Of a stretch of DNA of 64,000 nt, positions 14,007-29,599 are shown piece after piece. The position numbers and the translations under genes were made by a program. Source of the stretch: Trichoplax sp. H2 (taxonomy: Eukaryota); the NCBI GenBank assembly GCA_003344405.1, contig NOWV01000187.1:62001-126000 (forward strand), in the 5' to 3' direction. Each line of letters begins with the position of its first letter. The stretch's first letter is position 1. The notes under the pieces were generated by a model. It was not told the origin of the DNA. It saw only the letters and a program-made list of their open reading frames with translations, and made no database searches.

Positions 14007-15243
14007 ATTTGTATTGCCGGTGATGAGCACGAAGATGTTCATACAGCACCTGTCGCCAGGTGATTTATAAAATGCGAGTGCAGAGTTTTGCATCCCTGTC
14101 TATTTATTCCCATTCTGATGCTTACTGAACAATATTAGGTGTGAGAAAATTGTTATCCTGTGGGTTAAGCTTTGGACTTCAATATCAAATCACGCAACTT
14201 CAAAGCTTAGAACAGCAGATAGGAAGATTTGTACGTCCTTTTCTAATCAAGAATTAGAGTCTTGTAAATTTGAAACAAGCTGTGGATTATTGCTGCTCGT
14301 CATGCAAACAAATGTTGAGCTACGCGTGCTGGCTTGAAGGTATGAACTTTCTAGCATACTATATAGAATACCTGCAATGGACGTTTATAGTGTAGCACGG
14401 TGATACACGATGAGAAGTGGTTGGCTAGATCATGATAGGATATAGTAAAATGATAAAGTTAAATCTAATTTATGGTTGTAATTGAACAAATTGATCGTAA
14501 TGAAGTAAGACAGCATATTATTTTGTTAATTGTCTTGTAAGTTCAAGTAATCGAAGTCGTTCATAAAAGTAGAGGGTTTACTGTTTCATCAGTTACACTT
14601 TAGTATACAAGGGAAAATTAATCACGCAATACATTTATGATTTTTACACTTTGTTGTTGTACAATACCATCCAGCACAAAATAAGAATCGTTGTCATCAA
14701 TTTATGGGCAAAGATTAAGTTCAAACTTCTTCCCCGAGATAGCTTAGTATGCCAAAAAAGATTTCCGGTGCTGCATTATTGTACAGAAATAAGCCTGCGT
14801 TTTACAATTTCATTCTGTTACCTTGTTTCACGTGTTCATTTACGATTGCATAAGATCGATTAAAATAACACTGGGTCAAGTTTTTGCTCTTGTTTCAATC
14901 TTACGATGAAAATCAAACTCATCTTATACGTGTAAATGAATATTGTTGTACTGTAGTGAACTGACTGAACTCTGCTTTGAGAATCTGTTTGAACTATCAG
15001 ACATTCTCACGTAATCGTTACTTATTGAAGTTTCTGTAAATTTCATGCCCTTCAGTCTTACTGCGTTATTACGAAAGATATACGTGTAGACTATCTTTAA
15101 AATTGTTTGTGGTTAATGTTATTATTAATAATGCTTCAAGGCTGTAATGACGGTAGATGATATTCACCATCAATATATCAAGATAGTACTAAATGGGTAT
15201 TTGCATGGTAGTTTGAAAAGATACAAATGCATGCAGATACTGG

Positions 15244-15835
15244 TTCAATGTCAAAGTACAGTACTAGCGAGAGGAAATTTTTGTCGCCGGTACCATTTAC
15301 CGTATGTATGCGTGTTTCTTCTCGCTCTAATTTCATTGATTTGATTGCAATTTGTGCATTTTTGCTGCCTTGCAACTCCCAAAATAACTATCCATCCTTT
15401 GCAATAGCGTAATCTACCATGCAATTGCAGTATCGATATTATGATTCAATGTCAAAGTAGAGTACTACCGTTTGGAAATTTTTGTCGCCAGTACCATTTA
15501 CCGTATGTATGCGTATTTCTTCTGGCTCCAATTTCGTTGATTTGATTGCAATTTGTGCATTTTTGCTACGTTGCAACTCCCAAAATAACATTCCATCCTT
15601 TGCAATAGCGTAATCTACTATCCAAATGCAGTATCGATATTATGATTCAATGTCAAAGTAGAGTACTACCGTTTGGAAATTTTTGTCGCCAGTACCATTT
15701 ACCGTATGTATGCGTATTTCTTCTGGCTCCAATTTCATTGATTTGATTGCTATTTGTGCATTTTTGCTGCCTTGCAACTCCCAAAATAACATTCTATCCT
15801 TTGCCATAGCATAATCTTCTATCAAATTACAGTAT
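15244..15835. repeat. Tandem repeat, 201-bp unit x3
   Basis: TTCAATGTCAAAGTA starts at 15244, 15445 and 15646; the units are highly similar. Confidence 0.95.
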
Positions 15836-16711
15836 AGACTAAATTTTTCTAGTTTATGATCGAAGTTCGGTGTCCAATTTCAATTCATTTGGACATTGTT
15901 TACTATGGTGGGCCGAGTTACCGTCCATTGATTGCTTACTGTACTACAGGATGTCTTACAGCAATACAGACTTATACGGTAGACACTATAGCTTGTAGTA
16001 TGAAAAACTTGCTCAGTAGACTTTCTGTATCAGCGTGCGTTAAGAACCATATTAATACTGTACAGAAGGAAATGATGAAAGTCCATACAGTGCGCTGTAG
16101 TACGTAGACAGCTTTGGAACGTACCCCTACGCATTCGTATGGCTGCGTGCCTTTGAACCGAGCACTCTTTGCAAAACCATTTGCAATATTTTACAGTACA
16201 GTACAGGACACTACCTACTGCGTACAATGTACTGTACATTGTACGCAGTAGCACTATATAAACATTCCCGTCCTGCTCAGTCCATACAGAAACTGGACAA
16301 CATCAATGTACATTTCGATGCTTTATTCAATTTTATCAACAATTTGAACGGGTAATAATATCATCAACGATGCCAACCAATTTGTAGATGAAGAGCTTTC
16401 TCCACATAGAAGATACGACAGTGATTGATGATCATTGACTCCATTTAATCTAAGAATATACAGTGAGAGATGATGGCCTTGGATACGTAGTAGCATTAAA
16501 ATTCTGGCAGTTAGCGAACCCTTATTGCTAAAGGATAGCGTCCAAAGAGGGTTCCTTTCATCCGCCTTTTCATTCACTATAGTAATTTATATCAGTTGGA
16601 TTGAAATTATCAAGTTTACAATTCGTATTGTACTTGTATTACCTTATGGTGACGATAGATTGATTGTGGTTAGTCTTTATAGTTGACCCAAGATAAAAAA
16701 GGATAGCAGCT

Positions 16712-19700
16712 ATGGAGAATAGCAGTGGTGAGCTCGAGGTTGAGAACGTCAACGATCAAAACTATCAATGTAAAGAAGAAAAAATGGCCATTGTGCATGA
16801 AACACGATCTCACAACATCAACAAGACCAATCAATTGGAGGATAAATGCCTGGATGGACCAAATTTTTCGCCCTCTATACCATTAATTTCTAGTAAAGAT
16901 AACATCAGGGACGATAACAATGTCAACGCTCGCAAATCTACCAAACGTTCAAGGAAAATAAACTCTGCCAATAGCGAACAAGGTAATTAATAAAAATTAT
17001 TCCTTGCGTAAGGCGAAAAGAATTGCTTTGCAAGATATTTCTTGTTACAATGGTCAGATAGGTTACACAAGAATATTCATCGTATCGATACAATGATACC
17101 GTCGCTCAGTAATAGTTTTTTGACTACAAATAGCTACTTATTATGCTTTATACGTAGCTTACATACTTTGCCTGCTTTTAATACTCAACATATTATGTAT
17201 CACCAACTCGCAATATCAGTCAGAATCATGAATGTCTGTCTGATATACTTTGTCTTACAATTACAGAATACGAGGATATCTTAGTCATGAATTGCTAATG
17301 ATGGTTTAATTGCCAATGTCAATTTAATACATGACCATCTAAGCTGTTACTTCTCCGCTATTCATAGTATTGGAATAAATAATAACGTGTGGTAGACGTC
17401 ATCTTCTTGTTGAGCATATCTGACATGAATCAAATGCATGATAACATGCTGTACATGATAATAGAAGATAAACGCAGTCCTGGTTATGCATCAATGATCG
17501 AAAACAATTTTAGCACTTCTTTTTTAAGCCTCGTGGGCTAATTTGACATTAAAATCATCTGTTTATACAACAATTTCGTATTTTAGAAACAACGAATGGT
17601 GGTATTGAAGTGCGTCCCAAAAAAAGACAATGGGAATCATGGGGTGTTGATGACAAGCGAATATTTTTTGAAGCCTTAAACGAGGTGTGAAAATATAAAG
17701 TATTACAAGTTGTTATAGTGAACGCCAATGCAATAGCATGATATCGTATGACGGTAATGTAGTGAACTAGGAGGACTTATTATCGTAACGTATAAGAATA
17801 ATAATAACTGTAGATAACGTTGTCTCTCAGATCTGAAACTGCAACACGATCACTTCCTGGAATAAAATAGTATAACTTCGTAATAATTTTCGTTAACAGA
17901 ACAGCTAATAATTAAATATTGTTGATGTACAGGAAAAGTTACATTGTGCTTTACTTAGTATCTACAGGAAGGCTAGTTAATAAATATTAGATTAATTGGA
18001 AAATGAATTAGTGTACTATCTTCAGTTGTAAAGTAGTATGGTGAAATTGATCGTCTATGTACATGCATTGTGTAAGAAAGTATCCTAATCATGTTTTGAA
18101 AAGTATACCTTTATTACGTAATAGTATGGTAAAGACTTTGATAAAATACAAAGCTACATCGCTACCAAATATCGCAGGCGAGGTGACCCTTCGGACTGGA
18201 TCAAAAATAAAGATCAGGTACACAATTCTATTGTATGCATCTAGGATTATAAAAATTTGGCCATGATTATCAGCGAACGTCTATCCTCAACTCCTTGCCG
18301 CTAAATGTAGTCTTTCCTAAATAGTTTAGGATCATTTCGGTTACTGTTCTGTCATGGCTAATTTCGTTCCTATTTACATTACAAAGTAAATTTAATAATT
18401 ATGGCTAGATGACAACACTAATAGCTAAAAATTGTCCTTTGTATGTTGAAGGTTCGTCACTTCTATTATCGAACTTGGAATAAAATATCGAAATATTTGG
18501 ATAGAAATAAAGGTAAGGAAGAGTAACCTTGTCATGTCAAAATTACTGTTATTCTTTGAATGGAATCTAAAAAATAGCGCCCATGAATTTATTTATTTAT
18601 TAAGAGTACTAATGTGATACTTTCACGGATGCGTAAATGTAATTACTATGCTGCCTGGACAAAATTAACGACTAAAGCTTTTGTTGCTGTTCTAGATATT
18701 TATATTAATGGCAAGAAAATTAATCAGGAATTATGTGGCCTTATATGTTACGGGGAATTAAGAAAAAAAATTAAAGGTAAAAAATATTAATGGTATTGTT
18801 TATAACGTAAGGTTTATTTGGGTTAGTATTCTCTCGAATGTTATTGTAATTTTTAATGCTTAGTTAAGAGCGATTTGTTATACTTCGAATAATTCTGTAT
18901 ATGGATTTATTGTACGTATTCTTTACTCATTAGGCACTGCAGAAAAAGAAGTCAGGAAATTAAATGAGTTAATCACAAAGGGGTAATTAGTGCATGATGA
19001 TAGCTGATGGATATTCGATGATCATTGCCTTGCATTCAAATTGTCTATTTATTTTTAGTGATGATCATGATACTAACTGTCTGTGCATTTATTCTAGTTC
19101 AACTTGTGTTCGCTACCAAGGGCGCAATGTCAAGTTAGTCGAGATAGTGCTAAATTTTCTTTCTAATAGTAATATTTCAGTTACTATACTTTTATGAATT
19201 CAGAAATGAATCTCCTATGCATTGTGGACTAAGCTTATTATAAATTATCATAGCAATAAAATATAATCTGAACTTCCCAATGTAGGATCAAAGCTCCGTA
19301 TAATCAAGCAATGAAGGTGTTAACAAAGGGGGACGGACATACTAATCGTATGTTGTTTGTTTATGCAAAATCACATTCTAAATGAATTATTGACTTGTAC
19401 GATCTTGAAAATTATCCATTTTTTCAACCTATTAGATTCAGATAGCGCTATTAAATATCCCCACAAGTAGGTTCATGTCTTATGTATTTGTCTTATTCTA
19501 GATTTATGCTAAGTACGAAACTTATTATGACACAACTGGTTATACTTTATATCTAGAATGCCAAAAAAGTTAATTGTAGAACTGGAACCGGCATCAAATT
19601 TTTCTTGGACTGTAGTGCAAACAATTTCACAGAATCCTCGTCTTAGGTAATACACAATCAGCAAAGTAATTATTATTATTCACTTGCAGACTTTATTTCA

Positions 19701-22700
19701 ACTCGTTTTCATTTTTCTCGTCTTTCTAGAGTTGTTTTACCTTCTAGAAAGTCAATGGCAAGTTTGATTGAATATCTGCAGCGAAAGTGGAAGCGTCATG
19801 AAGACTTTCATGTAAGCACTTACATTGTTAATTTGCACTAAGAAGAAAATGATTAATCTTGATAATCATTGCAAGATAAATTGACTTTTTGTGTAGGAAA
19901 CATCCAGCACGTCACTAGATCTATCCATTCTAGCTGTAAGAAATTTAAATTCTGTGAATGCTGGCAATGATCAGTGTTCAGCTGTATCTCAGTGCAAAAG
20001 TAATGGAAACTACAAAATGGATGATCAAAAGAACGAATCATTAGATGGAGATCAACATTTAATGTTAGACACACCCAATGAGGATAATAATGAAGATAAA
20101 CTATCTTCTGATATTGTCCAGGCCTCAAGTAAAGATGGTACGATGCAATCGAATAACAAACAATCAATTACTGAAAATACGAGGTAACAGTTGGTATTCA
20201 GTTAATCCATTTGTGCAGAAAGTAACTTATTTATAACCTGAAAATTATAATTACTGGCCTTAGATAACTGACAATGCATAATTATTAACTTTGTAATACA
20301 GCTATCAGAGTGAAAAAGAATCAATGACTCAGTGGAACTTAAGCAATTGCGACGGCATATCTATCGGAGACATTTACTTGCAGGTACCTGATTCTACTAG
20401 TATTTGGAATGCGATTGTATCGTAACTATTCTATATTACTTATTACTGTTGACATATACGCGTATGAATACCAATGCTCGTATGCATTAATTGGACAATC
20501 TTTTTATTATCTTTCTACAGCTTGGTAGACCTGAAAAACTACAAATGAAATACGTATGGACAGAAAATAGAAAAGATTCTGTTAGTAGAGCATTAAAGAG
20601 AATATACAGTATATTTGCATAGCGTTAACATTGCATGCCTATTCATCCAAAAAGGACTTTTTCCTAATAAGAACTACAATTGTTAAGTTAAATAAGGGCT
20701 AAACTCATGTGCGGTATTGGCATTTCAATACTTTCTTATCGCAGGATGGTACTAGTTCAGGCAGTAATGGTTTTAGCTTAGCTTTGAAAAGACTTGCTGA
20801 ATTAGCTGATGCAGAATTTACTTTCATTAAGCAGGTGATAGATAAACTATTAATGCTAATTGAAGATGAAATGATCTCTTACAAAGTTGTATTCACTTTT
20901 TATGCTTGATAGAATAATTCTAATTCTAATAATCGAGGCGTTAATGGTTCTACATCGAATATGGTGAAGGAGCTTGAAAATTGTAAGAACACCACCAGAC
21001 CAACTTCTAATCCTGTTTGTAACCCCAATAAAAGAGTGCACATTGTAGCGGAAAGGTTAAACCGTTTAATATCAATCTCTATTTAATATGTAATTGTAGA
21101 AGTGATATTTATAGTGGATAATTTGATGTCATCTTAACTATAGTCAAGAAAAGCGTCCACTCACATCGCCTACAACTGCCATTGTTACTCAAGCAAATAC
21201 GGTAAGAATTTGGTACAGCATTAGTTATCACAGAAGGGCTATTAATTATTTTTTTATAAATAAAATATAACATATAATAGGTAACAACGATAGCATTACC
21301 CAAAGGCCGAAAATATAAGAACGTTACGAAAGGACGTCCCATAGTTCCACATGTAAAAGATACATTCTGAGCATATATATATATTTATGTATACATAATT
21401 CTTAACGTAAAAGAAAAAAGCCTATGATTTTTGTAAAATTGTTAAAGGGGATTTTTATTCTTTAGAGGAGAATTATCTTACCTCGTATCTCTAACCCACC
21501 TCCTGGTGCTGTTGCAGTTTCTGTATTTCCGGACATGTCACTTTCTAATTTACATCACACAGTCGAGAATGGCCAAAAAGATACTGAGCCGCTTCAGTTG
21601 CAAACTATCTCCATACCCGCAAATTTGAGCGTCTCATCAGGAAGTGTGATACCAACTCCAACTGCTAGTAAAAATGATGAACTATCATCTAATCAAATTG
21701 CAACTTTTAATAGTCCTTCAAGTGTTACACCCCCTTCTGTACATGGTGATCCTGTTTTTGAGGATAGTACATGTAATAATATGGAAGTAGTCGTTAAATC
21801 ATCCGAAAATGGCCAAACTAGTAGTATTCTAGATATGGCTGTAGACAAAGCATTTTCCAAAGCTCTTAAGTCTTCGTTAGATTCTCGAATAAATGCCGAT
21901 ATCAGTGACAGGCTATCAGGTTCGTTTTGAGAATAGCTTTTATATTTCATTCTTGGAGTAATTTTTATGGAAAAGAATTACTAATATAAGCCTTGTATTA
22001 GGGGAAGAAGAATGCATAGAGGAATCAACTGTTGATACTTGCGGAGAAACGGAAGATCTAAACACTGATTCGACTACAGCTGTAGGAGATTGGATTAGTA
22101 GTGAGGTATTCATTATTTAGTTTGTGTCATTTCTAAATAAAGTAATGACTCTATTGACCAAAATCAACATCTTTGATTTAACATGCGATTTTATATACGT
22201 GTAGGCATTTGATATCTCTCTTGGTGATCTAATAGGTTTGTTGCATTTTCTGACATCACTTTATCTTAACCGTAATATGTTTTAGAATGGCGTTTTCCCT
22301 TGCATTTATAGGAACAGAAGGCAATGATGGAAGCGAATGTAGTGAATCGAAAATAGTAGACAGTCATCAATCTATAAATCAGATAAAAGATGTAAGTGGA
22401 GATTCTGAGTATTTGTGAAGCAAGTAAGACACTAAAATTGGTTTACCTAATACGACAAATTAATTTTTGGTTAACTATTACATTAGTTGGTTGCGTTTTT
22501 ATAAATTAGATTGGATGACTATCTATGATACCTAGTAAAGTTAATTTTTGATTTGATTTTCTAAGACCCATTCCGCAATGGAATCTATTCTTAATGAAGA
22601 TAGCGTTGATTACGTTAAAAAATTTGCGACTATGGCATCCCAAATGTTTGGTCGAAAAGAAGAAATTAATAGCACTGCTTTGAATTTTAAATCTGTGATA

Positions 22701-22703
22701 TAG
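16712..22703 (+). CDS. CRAMP1: Cramped-like SANT/Myb chromatin regulator, multi-exon
   Basis: Exons 16712-16982, 17587-17684 (KRQWESWGVDDKRIFFEALNE), 18125-18217 (YGKDFDKIQ…KNKDQ), 18452-18512 (VRHFYYRTWNKISKY), then QELCGLICYGELRKKI, KLNELITKG, VRYQGRNVKIKAP, VELEP…QNPRLR, SLIEYLQRKW, and a last exon NEDSVDYVKKF ending TAG at 22703. These match Cramped family motifs. Some central exon limits are approximate. Confidence 0.92.
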
Positions 22704-24299
22704 TAGCGTATGAAATATATTTACAACTTCGGGAACGATTAGGCTACTTTGCCAAACATTCGCCGTTTTGATTTTTATTGAATATGTCAGTCATATACAA
22801 TAACTGTAATTTAGAGTGAAACAGAAATGATTCCTTGACGAGTTTGTCGTTAAGATTGTTTATGATTCCGTTATCACACAATGCCACTATAAATTTAATG
22901 TATACAAATTTTATCCCAGACAATGCTTGTCTATCAGCTGATACTTTCGTCGAATAGTAATATTTTCCAATGTGAAGTGTGAATAAACGTGATGCAATAA
23001 TAGCCGTAACGTTCATATCCGGTAACTGATATTATTATGAACGAATATAAGAAGATAAGAATTTAAAATATTTTGGATTTGGCATTCGTTTCGCTGTCAT
23101 TTTGTCTAAGTTGTGCATGTTGTATTGCATAGCTTGCAGTTTTGCGTCGTTTCGGATAGGATTATCTATGAGAGTGTATATATACTTGTATACTATATCG
23201 ATGTTGTAGTTGATATTCGTATATTGATTAATTGCGACTTTTGGAATTGGCGTTTGAGACTCGATCATATGTGTATGATAGTGTTAGGACGTAGAAAGCT
23301 AGACTTTGTTAAATACTGTACAGAGAAGTAAATTGAGCTAAACTTTGTTAAAATTTAAGAAATATATGCCACTGTATTATTCCTAAAAGTATAAGATACT
23401 AATGAATGGAAAATAACTGAACGATGTTACAAATTGTAAAATTATGTGAATCAGTCTAATAATGAATATAAGTGACCGTTATGCAATGGAAAAGTAGGTA
23501 ATGTTCTGGTGTGGTTTACATCCTTACTATCGATCAATAGGCGTCTAATTTTAATAAAGGAATTGATGTAAAGTGCCACTTTTTAAGATTGGATTGTTAT
23601 CATATGATTCATTTATTTATTTATTAACGTACGCGTATATTGGACTGCATTGAAATGTTATGTTAGGCTGTTTTTACTGTAATATGCGTGATCATTTATA
23701 TGCATTAGTTCCATTTCATTTGACTGTCCCATTGATGTACAACGACGTGGTACAGTTACACCTGTCGAAGGTTTGTAGTCAACGAGTTGGAATTGGATGA
23801 TAAAGGAATTGCGATATAGTATCATGCTTTCGTTAAACTACGGCTGTCGCTTATTACTTGGCTAAAAGTTACAAATGAAAATCCCTGTCGGCTAGCTGCC
23901 TGTACTGTCTGGTAGACACTCGATGGCATGCACTTCAAAAAGGAGGATTGGATAGAGCACTATAGTATCGTATAGTACAGCGCCGGGCTACGTTGCTCTA
24001 ATCCATAATAAGACCAATAATATAACCTTTAAACTTTTTGCAAAGGTGGATATTTGACCTTTAGTATGTCGTATTATCAAGCTGCTAGTAAACGAATGTG
24101 AAAGAGCAGTCGATCATCAAGACAGCCAGCCTGCCAAGGCAGTTTAACACCTCAATGCAGACCAATACAGTATAGACGTCTGTACCGCGATGACAGCACC
24201 CAGGTTGCTTAGGTATACTTTTACTTTTGAATACGCCATTTTCTACCGTAACTACTGGTCCTCGAAGTCTATCACCATGGTGATGAGTGCCAGTAGCCC

Positions 24300-24815
24300 G
24301 GAACCAGTACGGTACCAGTACCAATCGTGCCCACTATGGAACACCACCCGTGACTGGGCCGTCAGTACCGTACGTCATACTACAGTACAGCCCGTGGGTC
24401 GTGGCTAGTCCGTGGCCTGCAGAAAGAAAAGTGATGCAAGACCAGTTGGACCACAAAGGTATCAAAAAAGGGAGGCAAAAAACTTGCAGTTGAGACTGGA
24501 TCTGAGAACAATTATCGTGCCATCTACTGTAGTCCTCAAGCACTGTACGGTGCCTAGTACAGCAAGAGCTGTGTTTTTTCCGCCACTGCGCCTGTTCCGT
24601 ACCCGGCGTAGCGTACAGTACTGTATACTGTAGATACTGAGTGTAAAGTACTGTGCTCTACAGTACTGTCCTACTATACTGTATACACTGTACTGTATCG
24701 TACACCCTATCGTGCACAGTGTATACCCTCTATCCTCGACCACATCACCTAGTGACCACTGACTGTGACCCTACAAAGGGAGACCCCATATTGCAAAGGC
24801 AGTACCGTACCGTAC
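24300..24815. repeat. (CAGTA)n/(TACTG)n island upstream of SLC25A43
   Basis: Repeated GTACAGTACTGTA/TACTGT motifs with locally raised GC. Confidence 0.75.
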
Positions 24816-25045
24816 CGGATAGAATGGGCAGTGCGTCACGTTGAATTGAATTGATCCCCCCTCTAGGCCTGTAACTCCTTTATCTCCATGTGGCAACCGC
24901 TGTTTCATCCCTTTCTCCTCTTAGCGTGGAATACACAGGAGCAAGAATCTTTCCTAGTTAGGTGAAAGTTTTCCTTGCGTTTTTTGAATCTCTTCTTCAT
25001 TGACTAGTTTCCAAGTGGAATTATCAGTCGATAGACCAAGACATT

Positions 25046-28000
25046 ATGGGTAAATCAAAGAAGGATGATCGTATGACCTTTGGCCAGAATTTCGTTTCTG
25101 GTGGCTTAGCTGGTGTTACATCTCGTACGATTACATCGCCATTGGACGTAGTTAAAATTTTGGCTCAAGTCGGTACTAAGGAAACCAAAGCAGGTTTCTT
25201 GAAAACCTTCTCCAATGTCTACACCAACGAAGGTGTCCGTGCTTTCTGGAAGGGAAATGGTATCGCATGTATCCGTCTTTTCCCTTACAGTGCTGTCCAA
25301 TTTGCTGCTTTTAACAAATTGAAGGTAATGATGGCCGATAAAGAGACTGGCAGACTGTCCGCTTTGAACGCTATGGCAGCTGGTTCAATGGGTGGTATTT
25401 CTGCTACTGTCATGACTTATCCAACCGATATGGTCAAGACCCGTTTAACTGCCCAGCACGCTAGCAAAGACAAGGCCCATTACAAGGGTATTTTCGATGC
25501 TTTCCGTGTCATTTTCAGAGATGAAGGCTTTCTCGCTTTCTATAAAGGAATGTCTACCTCAATCATTGGTAAGTAAGTTAGTCTTTGATAGCGGTTTTTC
25601 TACAAAATTAGCGGCGGCTGTTCACTCAACCGTCATACAGGATGCGATCGATGCCAAGAATGACATGACTTGCTGTCCCAATTGACTCCTAGTCTACCCG
25701 CCCGCCGTTTAATAGATAAATTCATGGAGTTGGGTATCCAATTACGATTCAACTCAACTTCGTCAAAGATATCATCATATCTTCTATCTTTCACTCTTCA
25801 TCGCCGCAAGGCCGACTGTAGAAAATATGCCCATGTTGTTCATTCACTTGTTACGATAGTAGTCTTCCATGTGGTAGCAAAGGGTCCATTTATATGGACT
25901 TGTACAGTTGTAAAATTTGCCGTTATTCATGGCTTACTCCACAATGGACTTTTTTTTTGTTTTATAGCCGGACGGGCGTTGTTTCTATGCCTTGTATTAT
26001 TTGCATGTCCCCCTTTCTGAATTAGTTGCTAGGAAAATAAGAATTTTCGGACCCTATAAAATTGTACATCCATCAGCAGATAGACATCCATGAACTATGT
26101 TACAGCTGTTATCCTTTCAACAACTGTCAATGGCTACTGTCATGACTTGCTGTTACCTTGAGTGCAATACTCAAACGAATTGCAAGCGCTAAATGTTAGA
26201 CTTTATCTTTAAGGCGTCGTTTAAAAAATTATTCCAAAACTTCGTGTAGAGACTGTTACTGACGCAGTTTCAAACTGATAAGCGAGTATACTGTAGGATT
26301 CTAAATATTCTTTGATAAAGTGACTTTTTTCAACTTGTATTTCGACTCCATTGAAAGAGTATCTCTATATTCGACTATGTCCACTAGAAGACCGACTAGA
26401 ATATCAAACAGTTATTGTAATAGTAATAGTTACCTACTGCACATAAAATTGCTTAATTATCGTTAATGTAATCATACAGATTTAGTAAGTCAATTTTATG
26501 GGTCCAAATTGAATCATGATTATTGATCCAAAATAATGGTTTTATTTTAATGACTGTTTGTGGAATGTACATATATGCCGCCAGTTGAATATGTACATTT
26601 TGTTACATTCAAAGTCTTGATGATGAAATGGATATGGTTTTAAATTAATGACCAATTATACTTGTGATTGCAGGTGTAATTCCTTTCGCTGGAGGTACTT
26701 TTATGGCATACGAAGTTTTAGATAAAGCATGGAACAAGCCGAAGTCTGAAATGACTCCTATGGAGAACTTTATCAATGGATGTTTGGCAGCTGCTTTCGC
26801 ACAGGTAGGACGAATTTTAAGCAGCGTTGGTAAAGTTAGGCGTTGTTGACTTCAGTAATAAATATTATAACTTGTGATTACATAACTTTGGAACTTGATG
26901 TATAGACGTGTCAAGATATACGGTAGTTTGCTCTGTTGCGTTAGAGCTTGAGATGTACAAGCATCTGCCATTAGCTCTAATTCTGTAAGAACCGCATACT
27001 GCTATTATGAAGTATCTATTTGAATACGACATGTGGAATTACTGCTGTGTATGTAATGCAACAGTCGTTAACATATGCCCTTTCATTCATCAATTTTTTT
27101 TCATACTAGTAGAATCATCATCAATCGAGATTAAGTCTTTTAGTTAACTTTATTTCGTTTAATAGGCTATAACCTCATAGTTGTGCAAACTATTATTAGT
27201 ATCAAGCTATTAAATTACTCTTTAATTAATGATCGATTTGTCGTCTTTATACAATACTACGCATTGTCATAATAGTATTTATTGATTTTTTCCCGTGATC
27301 GAGTGCTCGCAGTATGCCGTACACTGCGTATGTTCTTACAGGTGACATGTGACACCTATGATTTATCGACAGCTGGTACTGCAATTTGTATCTTATATAA
27401 CGGGAAAACCAGTTATCCATGTTATCAAATTTTATTAATAATTATGTAACTCAAAGTTAAAATTGATAAATCCATTGATCGTGGCCTTTTTAATCATGTA
27501 CGACATACCTTTGTATTTTTTTATAGACATTCTCTTTCCCATTTGATACCATTCGTAAGAAGCTTCAGGTGATTATTGACTTGCATCTGTTCTTTACTGT
27601 ATTATTATTATTATTATTATTTTAACGATATGTTAATGGAAAATCAATCTAAAAATATCTCGCATTGTAGGCTCAAAGTAAAGCTCTTGCTGGTGGCGGC
27701 GGCGTAGATGTCGAATTTACTGGCATGTCTGACGCTTTTATCCAAACTGTCAGAAAGAACGGTCTCTTAGGATTATGGAGTGGTACTACTGCTAACTTGG
27801 CTAAGGTAATTTTTGATTCTTTTCAGGAATGATGTAAAATGTTTGAATTAGTAAATCAAATTAAAAAAATCTTTCAACTACATAAATCGTTATTTGTCTT
27901 GTGTGTTAATTATCCATCTTCTACGGATGCGTCAATTGTTATGTAAACATATTCTTGATATTGTTCGATTTTTGCATTAATAAGACCACGTAATTTTTAT

Positions 28001-28182
28001 TTGCTCATTAGGTCGCTCCGTATGCCGGTTTAATGTTCATGTCTTTTGAGGCTAGTAAGCGTATCTGCCTGTACTTAAACGGTTATACTACATCTCCTTG
28101 GAAAGACACCCCAGTTCCTGGTGTTGATCAGGGCATGAAGCCCCATGAATTGAAAGAGTTTTTAGCAAAGCAAAATAAGTAA
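25046..28182 (+). CDS. SLC25A43: Mitochondrial carrier SLC25A43
   Basis: Exons 25046-25568, 26674-26804, 27527-27568, 27671-27805 and 28012-28182 total 1002 nt (333 aa). Three carrier signatures (PLDVVK, PTDMVK, PFDTIRKK), plus SLC25A43-typical LAQVG, WKGNGIACIRLFP, GGGVDVEF and KRICLYLNGY…PGVDQ. Confidence 0.93.
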
Positions 28183-29599
28183 TTTGTTACTAATTACGAA
28201 AAGTGTAGGCTTTTAAGATATTGTCAATGTTCTTTATCTTGGCATTCGTGTTACCATATTTGTATTAAAGCTAAGATGGTTTAATTAAATTGGCATTATT
28301 TGTCTATTGATTGGGCGTATAAGAATGGCATGAAGCGAGATAGTAATTAGCAGTGCATACAAGTTATTTTATTGTAAGTTGGCAATGGTATCCTTTGACT
28401 TTGCTTTGCCATTCTTATTAACTAAAACGGTTATGTTAAACTCGGATGAAATCCGTCTACCCGTCTATCTTGAAATTAATGAATTGAGCTAATTAAAATT
28501 ACAGTACCTCAGAATTCAGGCTTGTGTAATGTTACTCAGTAGTTGTACAGTAAATTGTAGTAATACAGTATGTTAATTCTATGATAATTAATTAAGACGT
28601 GAAAATCTACGAATTGAACATCTTGCAGAAATCTTGAGTGCTGCATTGCAATGTGAATAGTAAACCAGTGGTGCACAGTATAGCTCGAATAAGATTTAAC
28701 TTACTGTACTCATTTTAAACATTTATAGCGTTTAGTGCAGTTAAAACCGGTAACAAACGGGTAATTTGAGCTATAAGCTACACCCCCGTACTTGAAGCAT
28801 ACATTGAATCGTAGACCACGAGCAGAAAACTAGGTATTTTTCTAGTAATGCATAATTGAAGGCAACAAATTTGCAAGGTACAGATCGTGCAATGGATCTC
28901 ACATTCTTTTAAAATAGGGGGGATAACCTTGTCAGCTGTGGATTACAATTACTGCTTTACTAATGGTTAAGAATATGAACATAGTGCACAGAATTTTAAT
29001 AGCAATTTTGGATGGTGTGTACGAAATGTTGTCTGATAGCAAGTAAATTATATACCAGATGACCATACAGTATTTGCCTTAATGAATAGATTTATGGCAG
29101 ATTGATAACAGTATCGAAATATTCTTGCTATTTTATTGAATGTGTTACACGTAACTTACGACCTTAAAAGTTATTTACTGCTACTAATACTGATATAAAT
29201 TGATACAGCTGCTATGTTTGCAATCTCTACAGTATGGACTACAGTATACTATAAGCTGTTGATATAATCCAAGCCAGAAGGCGAGATACTGTATAAGGTG
29301 TTTGAGACAAGGTAAACTCGTGAATTTAAAGTGACATGTCTCAGAATTAGCGGCTTGTCATTAGTAACCAGTAGTTCTGTACCAAAATTATAATTTTTGG
29401 ATTAATAGCAGATAATGAATTACCTTCTGCGATTGAGAAAAGGCCCTTTTAGATCCTACCTCGTTGCCTACTCTATTATTGTACTAGTTTAAAGTATTAT
29501 TTTTTAGATTTGTATAGCATTGATCGAGGACAAGTGATGACAGGATAAGAAACTAAACACTACAAAACCTAGGCCAAGACCTACAAAGCATGCCAATTA

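Noticed and set aside
18990-19090. Intronic C/D snoRNA (ATGATGA box)
   Set aside because: No terminal CTGA D box at a suitable position.
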